Virus record (IMG/VR): IMGVR_UViG_3300037634_002636
Span: 1 to 64,000 of that record
Source: a virus
Taxonomy: Duplodnaviria > Caudoviricetes
Length of the DNA stretch: 64,000 nt
Strand: one strand, 5' to 3'
Under the pieces are notes generated by a model. The model made no database searches and was not told where the DNA came from. It saw nothing but the letters and a program-made list of their open reading frames with translations. Both the position numbers and the translations under genes were made by a program. Positions 35,296-45,343 of the stretch are shown here, piece after piece; position 1 is the first letter of the stretch, and each line of letters starts with the position of its first letter.

Positions 35296-37182
35296 ATGAT
35301 ATATTTTGTTGGACCTGAAACAGTATTGTCATGTTGTGAAGTTGCAACTATGGCTGATGTTGTTAAATATTGTAGTGGTAAAAACTACTTAGGTGTGGAT
35401 ACAGAAACTGAGGGTTTAGACTTTACCTGTGATAAGATGATAATGTTTCAAATAGGTGATGGGGACAATCAGTTTGTAATAGATACACGACATGTTAGTA
35501 TAGAACCATTAAGGTCAGTTCTAGAAGATATTAACATTCAAAAGATCTTTCATAATGTTAAATTTGACTACAAATTCATCAAGAAATGGTCAAACATTAC
35601 TTGTCAAGGGGTGTGGGACACATTTCTTGTTGAAGTAGTCTTAAACTGCGGTAAAAGAATAGGTTTTGGATTAAAAGATTTAGTTAAAAGATATTGTAAT
35701 GAAGAACTAGATAAAGAAGTAAGAAGCAAGTTTATTGGAGCAAATAAACAATTATTTATAGAGTCTCAAATAATTTATGGTGCTAAAGATATATCATACT
35801 TAAGTAGTATTAAATGGGAACAAGTGCATAAATTAACTAAACTACAATTGGGACCAGTTGCTAATCTTGAGAATGAAGCAGTACTTGCGTTTGCTGACAT
35901 TGAATATAATGGATTAGATTTAGATATAGATAAATGGAAATCATTAGAATCAGAATCTATATTGAAAGCAAATGCATTAGCTATTAATTTAGACGCATTA
36001 GTACTTGAAAACTCTAAATTAGACAAATTCATTAAAACACATATTCAAGCGGATATGTTTAAAAGTCTTGATGATATAAGAAAGATAGATGTTAAATGGA
36101 CATCACCTAAACAAGTATTAGAGGTATTTAAAACTCTTGTACCTGATTTAGATGATGTAAATGGTAAGAATATGTATAAACATAGATTTAAACATGAAAT
36201 TATAGATACTTATATTAGATATAAAGAAGCTATGAAATTATGCACATCTTATGGAGATGCATTTCTTAAGAATGTTAAAAATGATAATAAAATCCATACC
36301 AATTTTCACCAAATACTAGACACAGGACGTGTTAGTAGTAGTAAACCTAATATGCAACAGATACCTGCAGATAATAAATATAGAAATTGTTTTATAGCTC
36401 CTCAAGGTTGGAGTTATGTATCTGCAGATTATAGTTCACAAGAACTGAATGTAATCGCCTTTGGATCTAAGGATCCGGTTTGGTTGGAGGCTTTAGAAGA
36501 AGGTCAAGACTTACATTCAACATGTGCAGAATTAGTTTATGGTAAAGATTGGATGGAAAGTGGAGAAGATAATTGTGCTTACCTTAAGAAAAAGGAAAAG
36601 TGCAATTGTCCTTCACATAAAAAACTTAGAACAAATGTCAAAACAATCAATTTTGGTCTTGCTTACGGTATGGGTCCTAATAAGCTTGCTGATACCCTTA
36701 ATATTAGTGTGGACGATGCTAAGCTTCTTATTAAGAAGTATTTTAAAGCTTTTCCTGCTATTAAAGGGTTCTTAGATAAATTAGGTTCATATGGTGTTAG
36801 ATATGGTTATATCAAAACATTTCCACCTTATAATAGAAAAAGATGGTTTACTAACTGGTATCCTAAGATATGGGATAGTAGAGCATCTAAGTTAGAGCTT
36901 GGTACTATTGAACGAGCTTCAAAGAATACACCAATTCAAGGAGCTAGTGCAGATATGACTAAACGTGCTTTAATATTAATGCGTGAGCACATACAAACAT
37001 TTGATATTCCTGTTAAAATGGTAATGACTGTACATGATCAGATAGATACTATATGTAAGAATGATTATATAGATCAATGGAAAGAGGATATTAAAATGAT
37101 AATGGAATGGGCAGCTGATGAAATAGTAACCAACAAACTATTAAAAGCTGAAGCAACAGTAAGTAATTGTTGGGAGAAATAA
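35296..37182 (+). CDS. polA: DNA polymerase family A with 3'-5' exonuclease
   Basis: Exonuclease motifs GVDTET, FHNVKFD, YGAKD; TGRVSSSKPNMQQIP; motif A ADYSSQEL, motif B KTINFGLAYG, motif C VHDQI. Confidence 0.95.
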   Translation: MIYFVGPETVLSCCEVATMADVVKYCSGKNYLGVDTETEGLDFTCDKMIMFQIGDGDNQFVIDTRHVSIEPLRSVLEDINIQKIFHNVKFDYKFIKKWSNITCQGVWDTFLVEVVLNCGKRIGFGLKDLVKRYCNEELDKEVRSKFIGANKQLFIESQIIYGAKDISYLSSIKWEQVHKLTKLQLGPVANLENEAVLAFADIEYNGLDLDIDKWKSLESESILKANALAINLDALVLENSKLDKFIKTHIQADMFKSLDDIRKIDVKWTSPKQVLEVFKTLVPDLDDVNGKNMYKHRFKHEIIDTYIRYKEAMKLCTSYGDAFLKNVKNDNKIHTNFHQILDTGRVSSSKPNMQQIPADNKYRNCFIAPQGWSYVSADYSSQELNVIAFGSKDPVWLEALEEGQDLHSTCAELVYGKDWMESGEDNCAYLKKKEKCNCPSHKKLRTNVKTINFGLAYGMGPNKLADTLNISVDDAKLLIKKYFKAFPAIKGFLDKLGSYGVRYGYIKTFPPYNRKRWFTNWYPKIWDSRASKLELGTIERASKNTPIQGASADMTKRALILMREHIQTFDIPVKMVMTVHDQIDTICKNDYIDQWKEDIKMIMEWAADEIVTNKLLKAEATVSNCWEK

Positions 37183-37282
37183 CAAGTATTACGAAGGGGT
37201 GGATATAAAGGCGTTTTTGCCGTAACAGTTGATACTATTATCCACCCTGGAGTAATTTAAATATTAATCAAAAATAATAAAA

Positions 37283-37432
37283 ATGGCAATAGAAGCAATA
37301 ACATTTATAGCACTAGTTCTTTTAATAATAATTTTTCTTGGAAGAATAGCATTATCTGAAGGACGTAGAGCAGAAGAAAGAAAGAAATTAAGAGAGAACC
37401 TTAAAAAATTTGATGATGAAAGAAATAGATGA
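37283..37432 (+). CDS. Small single-TM protein, 49 aa
   Basis: MAIEAITFIALVLLIIIFLGRIALSEGRRAEERKK...; A-rich leader. Confidence 0.6.
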   Translation: MAIEAITFIALVLLIIIFLGRIALSEGRRAEERKKLRENLKKFDDERNR

Positions 37433-37517
37433 AATGTTAGATAGATGGATATTTAATTCTATTATAAGAAAAAAGTTAAGAAATTTAATAATTAAAAAAT
37501 TAAAACATGGTAAATAA
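37413..37517 (+). CDS. Small basic hypothetical protein, 34 aa
   Basis: MMKEIDEMLDRWIFNSIIRKKLRNLIIKKLKHGK overlapping both neighbours. Confidence 0.35.
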   Translation: MMKEIDEMLDRWIFNSIIRKKLRNLIIKKLKHGK

Positions 37518-37869
37518 AAAATTAGTTAGATATTTTATAAATGAATGTAAAAGAGATCAAGAATGGGAAGAACGTTGGATTGCAAATTATATTGAAATGG
37601 ATAATTTTTTTAAATATAGTGGTAGAATTGAAAAAACTACAAATATAATAGAATGTTATTATAGTCAAGGTAAATATGGTATGATGCTTGAGAAGCCTAT
37701 ATTAAAAGCAAAAGATCCAGTAGTTAGATGGTATTTCCAAAATCCAAATGAATCTATGTATAATATAGCAATTAGATTTAATGTTAGTTATAAAGAAGTA
37801 AGTAATAGAATCAGTAAATATTTAAAGACAAGAACGAATGAACAAGGTAAAAAAATATTTACATTATGA
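37507..37869 (+). CDS. HTH-containing protein
   Basis: C-terminal SMYNIAIRFNVSYKEVSNRISKYL HTH pattern. Confidence 0.6.
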   Translation: MVNKKLVRYFINECKRDQEWEERWIANYIEMDNFFKYSGRIEKTTNIIECYYSQGKYGMMLEKPILKAKDPVVRWYFQNPNESMYNIAIRFNVSYKEVSNRISKYLKTRTNEQGKKIFTL

Positions 37870-38066
37870 GTAGTTTAAGAGATCAGTTAAAAAGAAATAA
37901 AACAGTAAGAGGAAGACGCTGGACCATACGTAGAAACAAAGAAAACAAATTAACAGAGGTTAAAATGATATTTGACCCTCATGTTTATAAAACTTTTAAG
38001 AACTCTAAGAAAATGTATGGAGATAAAGCACTTCTTAAAATATTAAATAAAGAATTTAAAGAATAA
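37866..38066 (+). CDS. Hypothetical basic protein
   Basis: ORF track; ATGA coupling. Confidence 0.65.
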   Translation: MSSLRDQLKRNKTVRGRRWTIRRNKENKLTEVKMIFDPHVYKTFKNSKKMYGDKALLKILNKEFKE

Positions 38067-38070
38067 AATT

Positions 38071-38730
38071 ATGGAATACACAATTATAGGGCACCCATTA
38101 ATGTTAGTAGCAGGGTGTTTAATCGCAGGTATAAGTTTAGGTGCATTTTTTATGTATCGTAAGTATAATATAGATATACACTTACTAGAAACAGACCTAG
38201 GTATAGCTCATGAAAGGCTAAGAGAATTACTCGGACAATACAATGTTGTACGTTCAAAAAAAGATAAAATTACTCCTACAAAGCTTGATGATTCATTTAA
38301 AGCACAACTTCAAATAAAGGATGATACTATCGACAGGCTCAATGGTTTACTAGAGTCTAAAACTACTCAATTAGAGCATGATTCTAAAAACTTAGAAATT
38401 GCAGCTTCACAAATTTTAGTATTAGAAGGTAGAATATCTAAAAATAAAAAAGTAGCTATTGAAAGAGAAGAAGAATTAGTAAAAGCTTTAACAAAGATAA
38501 ATGATCACTTATCTACTATAGATGATTTAGAGTCTAATAATAGATCTGAAGGTATACAATTAAAATCTAGTAATGATGAAATCGATGATCTTAAGAAAAC
38601 TATTAAAATAAGAGATAATAAATTAGAAAGATTAAATACAAGAGTAACAGAATTAGAGAGTGAATTAGAAGAGCATAAACCTATAGAAGGTGAAACTGGA
38701 TATTATAAAAAAATGAAAAAATTTAATTAA
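38071..38730 (+). CDS. N-terminal TM anchor plus long coiled coil
   Basis: LMLVAGCLIAGISLGAFFMY followed by heptads. Confidence 0.75.
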   Translation: MEYTIIGHPLMLVAGCLIAGISLGAFFMYRKYNIDIHLLETDLGIAHERLRELLGQYNVVRSKKDKITPTKLDDSFKAQLQIKDDTIDRLNGLLESKTTQLEHDSKNLEIAASQILVLEGRISKNKKVAIEREEELVKALTKINDHLSTIDDLESNNRSEGIQLKSSNDEIDDLKKTIKIRDNKLERLNTRVTELESELEEHKPIEGETGYYKKMKKFN

Positions 38731-38735
38731 AAATT

Positions 38736-38903
38736 ATGAAAAAAAGAAAGCTGGGAAGCAAAAATCCAAAGTATAAATCAGTAGAAGAAATAGGAGAGAA
38801 AGTAATCCTTAAAAGAGTTCATATGTGTGATGCTAAAATAAGAACAGCAAGCGGTAAAGACACAGGATTTACTGCTGCAGTACATAGTATATGGTATGAA
38901 TGA
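38736..38903 (+). CDS. Small hypothetical protein, 55 aa
   Basis: MKKRKLGSKNPKYKSVEEIGEK...HSIWYE fills the gap. Confidence 0.55.
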   Translation: MKKRKLGSKNPKYKSVEEIGEKVILKRVHMCDAKIRTASGKDTGFTAAVHSIWYE

Positions 38904-39132
38904 AGAAGATATAGAAGAGATTTTAGGTTATAATTATTGGCCTGTTGTAGATTTAGCTTGGATACCAAATAAATCTCATCCCCCAGCATTTATTGCTAAA
39001 TTATATAAGAATGTTACTCGTGGTAAACGTAAAGGTTGGAGATTAATAAAAACAAGATCTTTTAAAACACCACTAGAAGCTTGGGATTATCTAAAAGAAA
39101 CTTTAGCAGATACATTAAAATTTGTATTATGA
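38896..39132 (+). CDS. Hypothetical protein
   Basis: ORF track. Confidence 0.65.
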   Translation: MNEEDIEEILGYNYWPVVDLAWIPNKSHPPAFIAKLYKNVTRGKRKGWRLIKTRSFKTPLEAWDYLKETLADTLKFVL

Positions 39133-40352
39133 TAACACAACAATTAAAACTTTTTAAAATGGATACAAATGATTTAAGAGATCAGCAACAACGAAAAGCC
39201 CTTAATAATTGGGCTATAAATGGATTTGAAGGTAGTATAATAGCAGGGACTGGTTTTGGTAAATCTAGATGTGGTGTTATAGCAGTAGGTGAAACTATTA
39301 AACGTTTAACTGAATATAATGATTATGGCGAACGTATTGTATATATTACAGGCTTAATATTAGTACCAACAACACAACTAAAAGATCAGTTTAGAGAAGA
39401 ATTTATTAAATGGGGATATGAAAATGTATTAGATACTGTAGATATTATGTGCTACCAAAGTGCTTATAAAATGACAGGTAGACATTATGATATAGTAGTA
39501 TGTGATGAAATACATTTAGGACTATCTAAAGAATATCGTAAATTCTTTGACAATAATGTATTTGATCGTTTATTATGTATGACTGCTACATTACCTGAAG
39601 AATTTGAATATAAAGAGTTATTAGTAGAGATGGCACCTATTGTATATGAAATTACATTAGATGAATGTGTTGATCTTGGGCTAGTGTCTCCTTATAATAT
39701 TATATGTAAACCTTTAGAATTAACATATAATGAACGAACTAAGTACAAAAAAATAAATAATAGATTTGTTTATTGGAAAGGTCAATTAGGTAACTTTGAT
39801 GCTTGGGAAAATGCTAGTTATATATTAAAAAATATATCTGCAAGTCCTGAAGAAAAAAAAGCTGCCATACAATTCTATAAAGCTATAAGAGAACGTAAGA
39901 AAATTATAGATTTTGCAGAAAATAAAATAGAAACATTTAAAGATATAGTATTAAATAATCCTAATAAAAGAATACTTGCATTTAGTGGTGCTAATGAATT
40001 TACTGATATATTAACAGATTCAGTAATACCATTAGCGCAAGCTTATCATTCAAAGAAAACTAAGAAACAAAGAAAAAGGGCTTTAGAGCATTTTAAGAGT
40101 GGTATGATAAATGTATTATGTTCAACTAAGGCTTTGAACCAAGGATTTGATGTGCCGGACGCCAACATGGGTATTGTATGTGGATTGACAAGTAAGTCTC
40201 TGCCTATGATACAAAGAGTTGGTAGGTTAATTAGATTTCAAGAAGATAAGACAGGTGAAATTATAATATTATATATTAAAGATAGCCAAGAAGAGAAATG
40301 GCTAAAGAATGCAGTTAAGAATTTAAACAACGTAAAATTTGAAGAATCATGA
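39129..40352 (+). CDS. Superfamily 2 (DExH, UvsW/XPB-like) helicase
   Basis: AGTGFGKS, VVCDEIH, MTAT, ALNQGFDVP and QRVGRLIR; start probably ATG 39129 (ATGA coupling). Confidence 0.9.
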   Translation: MITQQLKLFKMDTNDLRDQQQRKALNNWAINGFEGSIIAGTGFGKSRCGVIAVGETIKRLTEYNDYGERIVYITGLILVPTTQLKDQFREEFIKWGYENVLDTVDIMCYQSAYKMTGRHYDIVVCDEIHLGLSKEYRKFFDNNVFDRLLCMTATLPEEFEYKELLVEMAPIVYEITLDECVDLGLVSPYNIICKPLELTYNERTKYKKINNRFVYWKGQLGNFDAWENASYILKNISASPEEKKAAIQFYKAIRERKKIIDFAENKIETFKDIVLNNPNKRILAFSGANEFTDILTDSVIPLAQAYHSKKTKKQRKRALEHFKSGMINVLCSTKALNQGFDVPDANMGIVCGLTSKSLPMIQRVGRLIRFQEDKTGEIIILYIKDSQEEKWLKNAVKNLNNVKFEES

Positions 40353-40870
40353 AAATAGAAATAGATTTAGAACTCTTAGATGAGTTAAAATTAACACCTA
40401 ATGAATACATTGCTTTACATTGTAAACATAAAGAGATTGAAAGAGAATCTTATGGAGATTTAAGATTTGGCCATTTACAAGCAGAAGGATGGTTAGATGA
40501 AGAGTGGGAATTAACTGATAAGTGGCTAGATTTATTTGCAGCAGATTTTGATGATTTGTTTAAAGAGTTACTTTCAGTTTATCCTGCAATAGTAGAGTCT
40601 CCGGGTAGAGGTAGGCGTGTATTACATGCTAAGGACCCGGATGCTTATACTAATATGAAAGCTAAGAACAGGTACCGTAAAATTACTAATGAAAAAGTAG
40701 CAAAGCATAAAGAGATTATGAGACTCTTATATATCCAATTAGAAACAGATAAAGATAGTCTTGGGTATATGCAGAAACTAGAAACATGGCTTAATAATTA
40801 TACGTGGGAAGATTACATAGATATTAACTTAGAAGAAAATAACGATGGAAGAATCACAAGATCCCTTTAA
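40349..40870 (+). CDS. Putative replication initiator/helicase loader
   Basis: FDDLFKELLSVYP and ETWLNNYTWEDY (replisome-organizer-like C-terminus); directly upstream of DnaB. Confidence 0.5.
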   Translation: MKIEIDLELLDELKLTPNEYIALHCKHKEIERESYGDLRFGHLQAEGWLDEEWELTDKWLDLFAADFDDLFKELLSVYPAIVESPGRGRRVLHAKDPDAYTNMKAKNRYRKITNEKVAKHKEIMRLLYIQLETDKDSLGYMQKLETWLNNYTWEDYIDINLEENNDGRITRSL

Positions 40871-41768
40871 AGGGTTTCAAAAAATAGGTAAGGCAGTAAA
40901 ACAATCGCTTACTGTAGTAAAGAATGCTATGCTTGGTCGACGAGATGTTATACCTACTAAGTGGCCAAGATTAAATCGTAATTTATTAGGTGGTTTACAA
41001 AAAGGTAAACTATATGTTATTGCGGGACGTCCTGGAGTGGGTAAATCAGCATTTAGTAATCAAATGATATTTGATATATTAGATGTTAATGTTAACCACT
41101 CTATTGTTGTATTATATTGGACATTTGAAATGCCAGGATATCAACAAATAATGAGAAGCGCCTCTAAAGACCTTAAAAAGGGGTTAGGAGAGTTATTTTC
41201 TTTAGACAATCCTTTATCTAAGGATGATTTTGATAGATACGCTGCTAATGCTATTAGATATAATAAATATGAAATATATTTTAATAATCATCCTAGAAGT
41301 ATGAATTCTATAATAGAATCTAATGAAAATATATTTATAGCATATCCAGATAAAACTATTATTAATATATTTGATCATTCTAGGCTAATTAAAGGTAAAG
41401 CAGAAACAGAATTACAACGCTTAAATGTAGTATCTAAAGGATGTATGGAAATGCAATCTAAAATGGGAGCTATAAATATCTTGTTATCTCAGTTAAATAG
41501 AAATATAGAACAAGAGCATCGTGCAAAGAACCAATACCAACCATTACTGACAGATTTATTCGGGGGTGATAGTATTGGGCAGGATGCTCATGTAGTTATG
41601 ATACTTAACAGACCAAATGATTTATATGGAATTACAGGAACCTATTGTGACGAGGATCCTGTTGGATTATTAGCATGTCACGTAGAAAAGAACAGAGATG
41701 GAATGTTAGGTATGATACCATATCAAGCAGAAATGTCTACATTTACAATTAACGAAAGAAAAAAATAA
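40845..41768 (+). CDS. dnaB: DnaB-like replicative helicase (C-terminal domain only)
   Basis: IAGRPGVGKS, TFEMP, LLSQLNR, IGQDAHVV, KNRDG. Confidence 0.9.
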   Translation: MEESQDPFKGFQKIGKAVKQSLTVVKNAMLGRRDVIPTKWPRLNRNLLGGLQKGKLYVIAGRPGVGKSAFSNQMIFDILDVNVNHSIVVLYWTFEMPGYQQIMRSASKDLKKGLGELFSLDNPLSKDDFDRYAANAIRYNKYEIYFNNHPRSMNSIIESNENIFIAYPDKTIINIFDHSRLIKGKAETELQRLNVVSKGCMEMQSKMGAINILLSQLNRNIEQEHRAKNQYQPLLTDLFGGDSIGQDAHVVMILNRPNDLYGITGTYCDEDPVGLLACHVEKNRDGMLGMIPYQAEMSTFTINERKK

Positions 41769-41771
41769 ATT

Positions 41772-41981
41772 ATGTCAAAAAAAAGAGCAATTGAAATCGT
41801 TCAAGATTTAATGCAAACTATTAATAAAATGGAAGTTAAATCAATTATTACAAAATCTGGTAATTCAATTTTTAAGCATCCATCAGTATCTAAAACATCT
41901 TTAATAAGAAAAAAAGATAAATTAATAAAAAAATACAATCTTAATAAAAAAGAATATGGAATTACCAAAAACGAAGGTTAA
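41772..41981 (+). CDS. Hypothetical basic protein
   Basis: ORF track. Confidence 0.6.
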   Translation: MSKKRAIEIVQDLMQTINKMEVKSIITKSGNSIFKHPSVSKTSLIRKKDKLIKKYNLNKKEYGITKNEG

Positions 41982-42654
41982 AGCGAGCCGTAAATCGCCT
42001 AAGAATATGATAATATACGGTCCCCCTAAAATAGGTAAAACTAGTGTATTAGCAGAACTAGATAATTGTTTAATTATTGATTTAGAAGATGGTTCAGATA
42101 TGGTTGATGCTTTAAAAATTAAAGTGAATAGCTTAGAAGAATTAACTGAAGTTGGTAAAGAAATAATAAAAAACAAAAAACCATATAAATATGTAGCTAT
42201 TGATACTATCTCAAAGTTAGAAGAGTGGTGTGAAGCAGAAGCTAAAGAACTTTATATGAAAACTCCTATGGGTAAAAACTTTAATCAAAAGTATCCTGGA
42301 ATGTCAATACTATCATTGCCAAACGGCGGTGGCTATTTATATTTAAGAATAGCCTTTAAAAAATGGGTAGATAAATTGAACAAACTAGCAGATCATGTGA
42401 TTTTAGTTGGTCATCTTAAGGATAAAATGCTTGATAAGAAAGGTCAGGAAGTAGTTGTAAAAGATTTAGATTTGACTGGAAAACTTAAGCAAATAACATG
42501 TGCAGGATCTGATGCAATTGGTTATATTAGCCGTGAAGGTAATGAGACTATAATCTCATTTGATTCTTTACAAGATGTAACTGGAGGTACTAGATGCCCG
42601 CATTTAATAGGGAAGACCATGCCCTTGGACTGGTCACAGATATTTATAGATTAA
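41956..42654 (+). CDS. AAA_24/Sak4-like ATPase (recombination)
   Basis: IIYGPPKIGKT, IIDLEDGS, VAIDTIS, ILVGH. Confidence 0.8.
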   Translation: MELPKTKVKASRKSPKNMIIYGPPKIGKTSVLAELDNCLIIDLEDGSDMVDALKIKVNSLEELTEVGKEIIKNKKPYKYVAIDTISKLEEWCEAEAKELYMKTPMGKNFNQKYPGMSILSLPNGGGYLYLRIAFKKWVDKLNKLADHVILVGHLKDKMLDKKGQEVVVKDLDLTGKLKQITCAGSDAIGYISREGNETIISFDSLQDVTGGTRCPHLIGKTMPLDWSQIFID

Positions 42655-42662
42655 AATAACAA

Positions 42663-43040
42663 ATGATTGAAGCAAATGAACCAACTAATGGCACGGTTGT
42701 AAAACAAGAAACGCCAGAAAGAATTACCACTACTCAGATCATAGAAGATTTAGAAAATGGTATAAATAGAGATGGAATTAAAGAGAAGTACAGTTTAGAA
42801 ACTTGGATGGTTACTCAATTATTTCAACATCCTAAGTTAAAAGGTAAAAAAGCTAAAAAAATTAGAAAATTACCTTTTCAAATTATAGATGATACTGTAG
42901 AAGAAGCATATGGAGTAGATAAACCTTCTAGTATACTTGATATAGAAGCTACAATAGATGATCCTAATCAAACTGTTATAGAAATAGATGCTGTAACTTC
43001 TTTTGAAGAAGAAGATTCAAATGAATTTAATAATTATTAA
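42663..43040 (+). CDS. Hypothetical protein with acidic tail
   Basis: ORF track. Confidence 0.7.
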   Translation: MIEANEPTNGTVVKQETPERITTTQIIEDLENGINRDGIKEKYSLETWMVTQLFQHPKLKGKKAKKIRKLPFQIIDDTVEEAYGVDKPSSILDIEATIDDPNQTVIEIDAVTSFEEEDSNEFNNY

Positions 43041-43051
43041 AAATTAAGAAA

Positions 43052-43810
43052 ATGATAGAAAGTAACGACAGCTCAAAGGAAGTTTTGGGCACAATTAAAT
43101 TATGGGCAGGATTAACTAATATGGAAGTTAAAGCTGTAAACCCGACAATGGCAGAATTACATGCTATGGGTATAAATGTTAAACAAGAACCAAATTATGA
43201 GATAGAATTACAACCTGGTAGACCTGTTTTTAAAGTTGTGTTTTGGGTAAGCAATCCTGATCTTACAACTAAGGTAGAATTTTTATTAGAGAATAATCCT
43301 AAGAAAACTAGAGATGGAATAAAAACTCAATGGGTTAATGATTTTGGTCAGTTTATATATGCCGCTGAAATAGAAGATTTAGCACAATGGGATTGGTATA
43401 AAACTGAAGGTGTTAGAGCTGCATATCCTAATGAAGAGAAATTAATTAAATTTATTAAAGCTTGGGCTAATGTTGCAAGTGGAGGTAAAGTTAGTTTAGA
43501 AACTATGGATAAAATTACTTCAGGTACTGATCTTTCAGAACTTAAACAATTAGTTACTCAATTATCTAATAATAGAGTTAGAGTATTGGTTGGAGTTAAA
43601 GATGGTAAATATCAAAATGTATATACACATTATTTTGGTAGAACTCAAAAATCTGGTGATCATTATTTTGTTAAAGAACTTAATGGAGAATATTCAAGTT
43701 TTAATGCTGAATTCCCTGGAGATTTACAATGGGGACAATTTACACCTCAATTATCAGTAACACAACCAGATGAAGAAAAAGCTCCAGCTGAAACAGATGA
43801 TTGGGTATAA
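43052..43810 (+). CDS. Putative single-stranded DNA-binding protein
   Basis: Lies between the Sak4-like ATPase and primase; acidic aromatic C-terminus ETDDWV. Confidence 0.5.
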   Translation: MIESNDSSKEVLGTIKLWAGLTNMEVKAVNPTMAELHAMGINVKQEPNYEIELQPGRPVFKVVFWVSNPDLTTKVEFLLENNPKKTRDGIKTQWVNDFGQFIYAAEIEDLAQWDWYKTEGVRAAYPNEEKLIKFIKAWANVASGGKVSLETMDKITSGTDLSELKQLVTQLSNNRVRVLVGVKDGKYQNVYTHYFGRTQKSGDHYFVKELNGEYSSFNAEFPGDLQWGQFTPQLSVTQPDEEKAPAETDDWV

Positions 43811-44853
43811 TGATTGAAAGTAGAGATAGTGATGCTTACCTTCATACGGATGTAATATTAAAGAAAATATCACCTTATGATATATTTAGATATTATTGTA
43901 ACCCGTTTACAGATGTAGGAAAAAGGTTTTGTAGTGAACTTAGAGAGGACACTTCAAACGATAGTGTTATTATAGCCTGGAATGGAGGACTGTTATACAA
44001 AGACTTTGGGCACCCAGAGCACACGTTTAACTGTTTTACATATGTAAGCTATAAACATGGATGTAACTTTCACGAAGCTTTACAAATAATTGATATAGAT
44101 TTTAATTTAGGACTAGGTTCTAGGGATCTTGGAGTACGCTCTGAGAGACCTAAGCCTGTCTTATATAATAAACAGATTGAACAACACAAGAAACTAACAA
44201 TTATTAAGAAAAAGAAACGTGCATGGAACATGTATGATCAAATATTTTGGACTCCGTTTAATATAACTAAAAAGATTTTAAAAGATTTTCTTGTTGAACC
44301 AATATCACATTATTGGATTAATGAGAATAGATTTGTATGTAAATCTATTACTTATGCTTATAGAATAGGGCTAAAATATAAGATATATGCACCAAAAGAA
44401 TTGGAAAGGAAATGGTTTTCAAATACTAATTCAACTCAAATTCAAGGATTGCATATGATAAAAGGACTCGAAGGCACACTAGTTATAACCTCCTCACTAA
44501 AGGATGTAATGACTCTGTATAGTATTGGAATCCCGGCTATTGCGTTTCAAAGTGAAACAACAATGCCTGATGAAAATATAGTAGAACAGCTTAAAAGTCG
44601 TTTTAATTGTATAATTTTGTTTTACGATACTGATCTTGCTGGTCAAACTATGGCAGAAAGAATTTGTGGTACATTTGGATTCTTAAATGTTAAGTTAGAT
44701 GAAGATTATGCAAGTAAAGATATATCAGATTTTATAGCAAATGAATATGTTCAAAGAGGTAAAGAATGGAGAATTAATCATATTAAAGAATTAATACATA
44801 GTGTACAAAGTCATGAGAAGATACAAGAAAAGACCAAAAAACAAGAAAGTTAG
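43810..44853 (+). CDS. DNA primase (crAss-type, CHC2-like + TOPRIM)
   Basis: CSELRED..LYKDFG N-domain; TOPRIM LVITSSLKDVM and ILFYDTDLAG, KDISD; start ATG 43810. Confidence 0.85.
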   Translation: MIESRDSDAYLHTDVILKKISPYDIFRYYCNPFTDVGKRFCSELREDTSNDSVIIAWNGGLLYKDFGHPEHTFNCFTYVSYKHGCNFHEALQIIDIDFNLGLGSRDLGVRSERPKPVLYNKQIEQHKKLTIIKKKKRAWNMYDQIFWTPFNITKKILKDFLVEPISHYWINENRFVCKSITYAYRIGLKYKIYAPKELERKWFSNTNSTQIQGLHMIKGLEGTLVITSSLKDVMTLYSIGIPAIAFQSETTMPDENIVEQLKSRFNCIILFYDTDLAGQTMAERICGTFGFLNVKLDEDYASKDISDFIANEYVQRGKEWRINHIKELIHSVQSHEKIQEKTKKQES

Positions 44854-45259
44854 AAATGCAGTAGCTAGTTCTTATAAAGGAATAAAGTTTAGATCAAAAT
44901 TAGAATTATTCACTTATAAAAAATTAGAAGAAGCTGGTATTAAATCATTATATGAAAAGAAAAAATTCATATTAATGGAAGGCTTTCGTTTTAGTAATAG
45001 GTCTGTAGAACCTCATAAAAGTAAAGGATATATAGACATGACCACCAAAATTAGAGATATAACATATACTCCTGATTTTGTGGATCCTAATGGTGCTTGG
45101 ATAATAGAAGTTAAAGGCTTTGCCAATGACGTCTTCCCACTTAAGTGGAAATTATTTAAACAACATCTTATGGATCATGGTCATGGCTATGTCCTTTTTC
45201 TACCAAAGAATCAAAAGCAAGTTCTAGAAACAATAGAACTAATCAAACAAATAGGTTAA
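44801..45259 (+). CDS. PD-(D/E)xK endonuclease (T7 endonuclease I/DUF1064-like resolvase)
   Basis: FRSKLE, YTPDF, IIEVKG. Confidence 0.8.
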   Translation: MYKVMRRYKKRPKNKKVRNAVASSYKGIKFRSKLELFTYKKLEEAGIKSLYEKKKFILMEGFRFSNRSVEPHKSKGYIDMTTKIRDITYTPDFVDPNGAWIIEVKGFANDVFPLKWKLFKQHLMDHGHGYVLFLPKNQKQVLETIELIKQIG

Positions 45260-45343
45260 GGTTTTTCCATCAGAGGAACATTAAATGAGGGTCTAATTGT
45301 GACCACAGCCTTTTCCTTTTTATTAATTAATCAAATTAAAATT

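Noticed and set aside
25618-37182. Introns, inteins or homing endonucleases in terL or polA
   Set aside because: Both genes are of normal length with contiguous motifs
44480-44510. Primase inactivation because the TOPRIM Glu is replaced (ITSSLKD)
   Set aside because: From recall, this variant is typical of crAss-like primases; the DxD motif is intact
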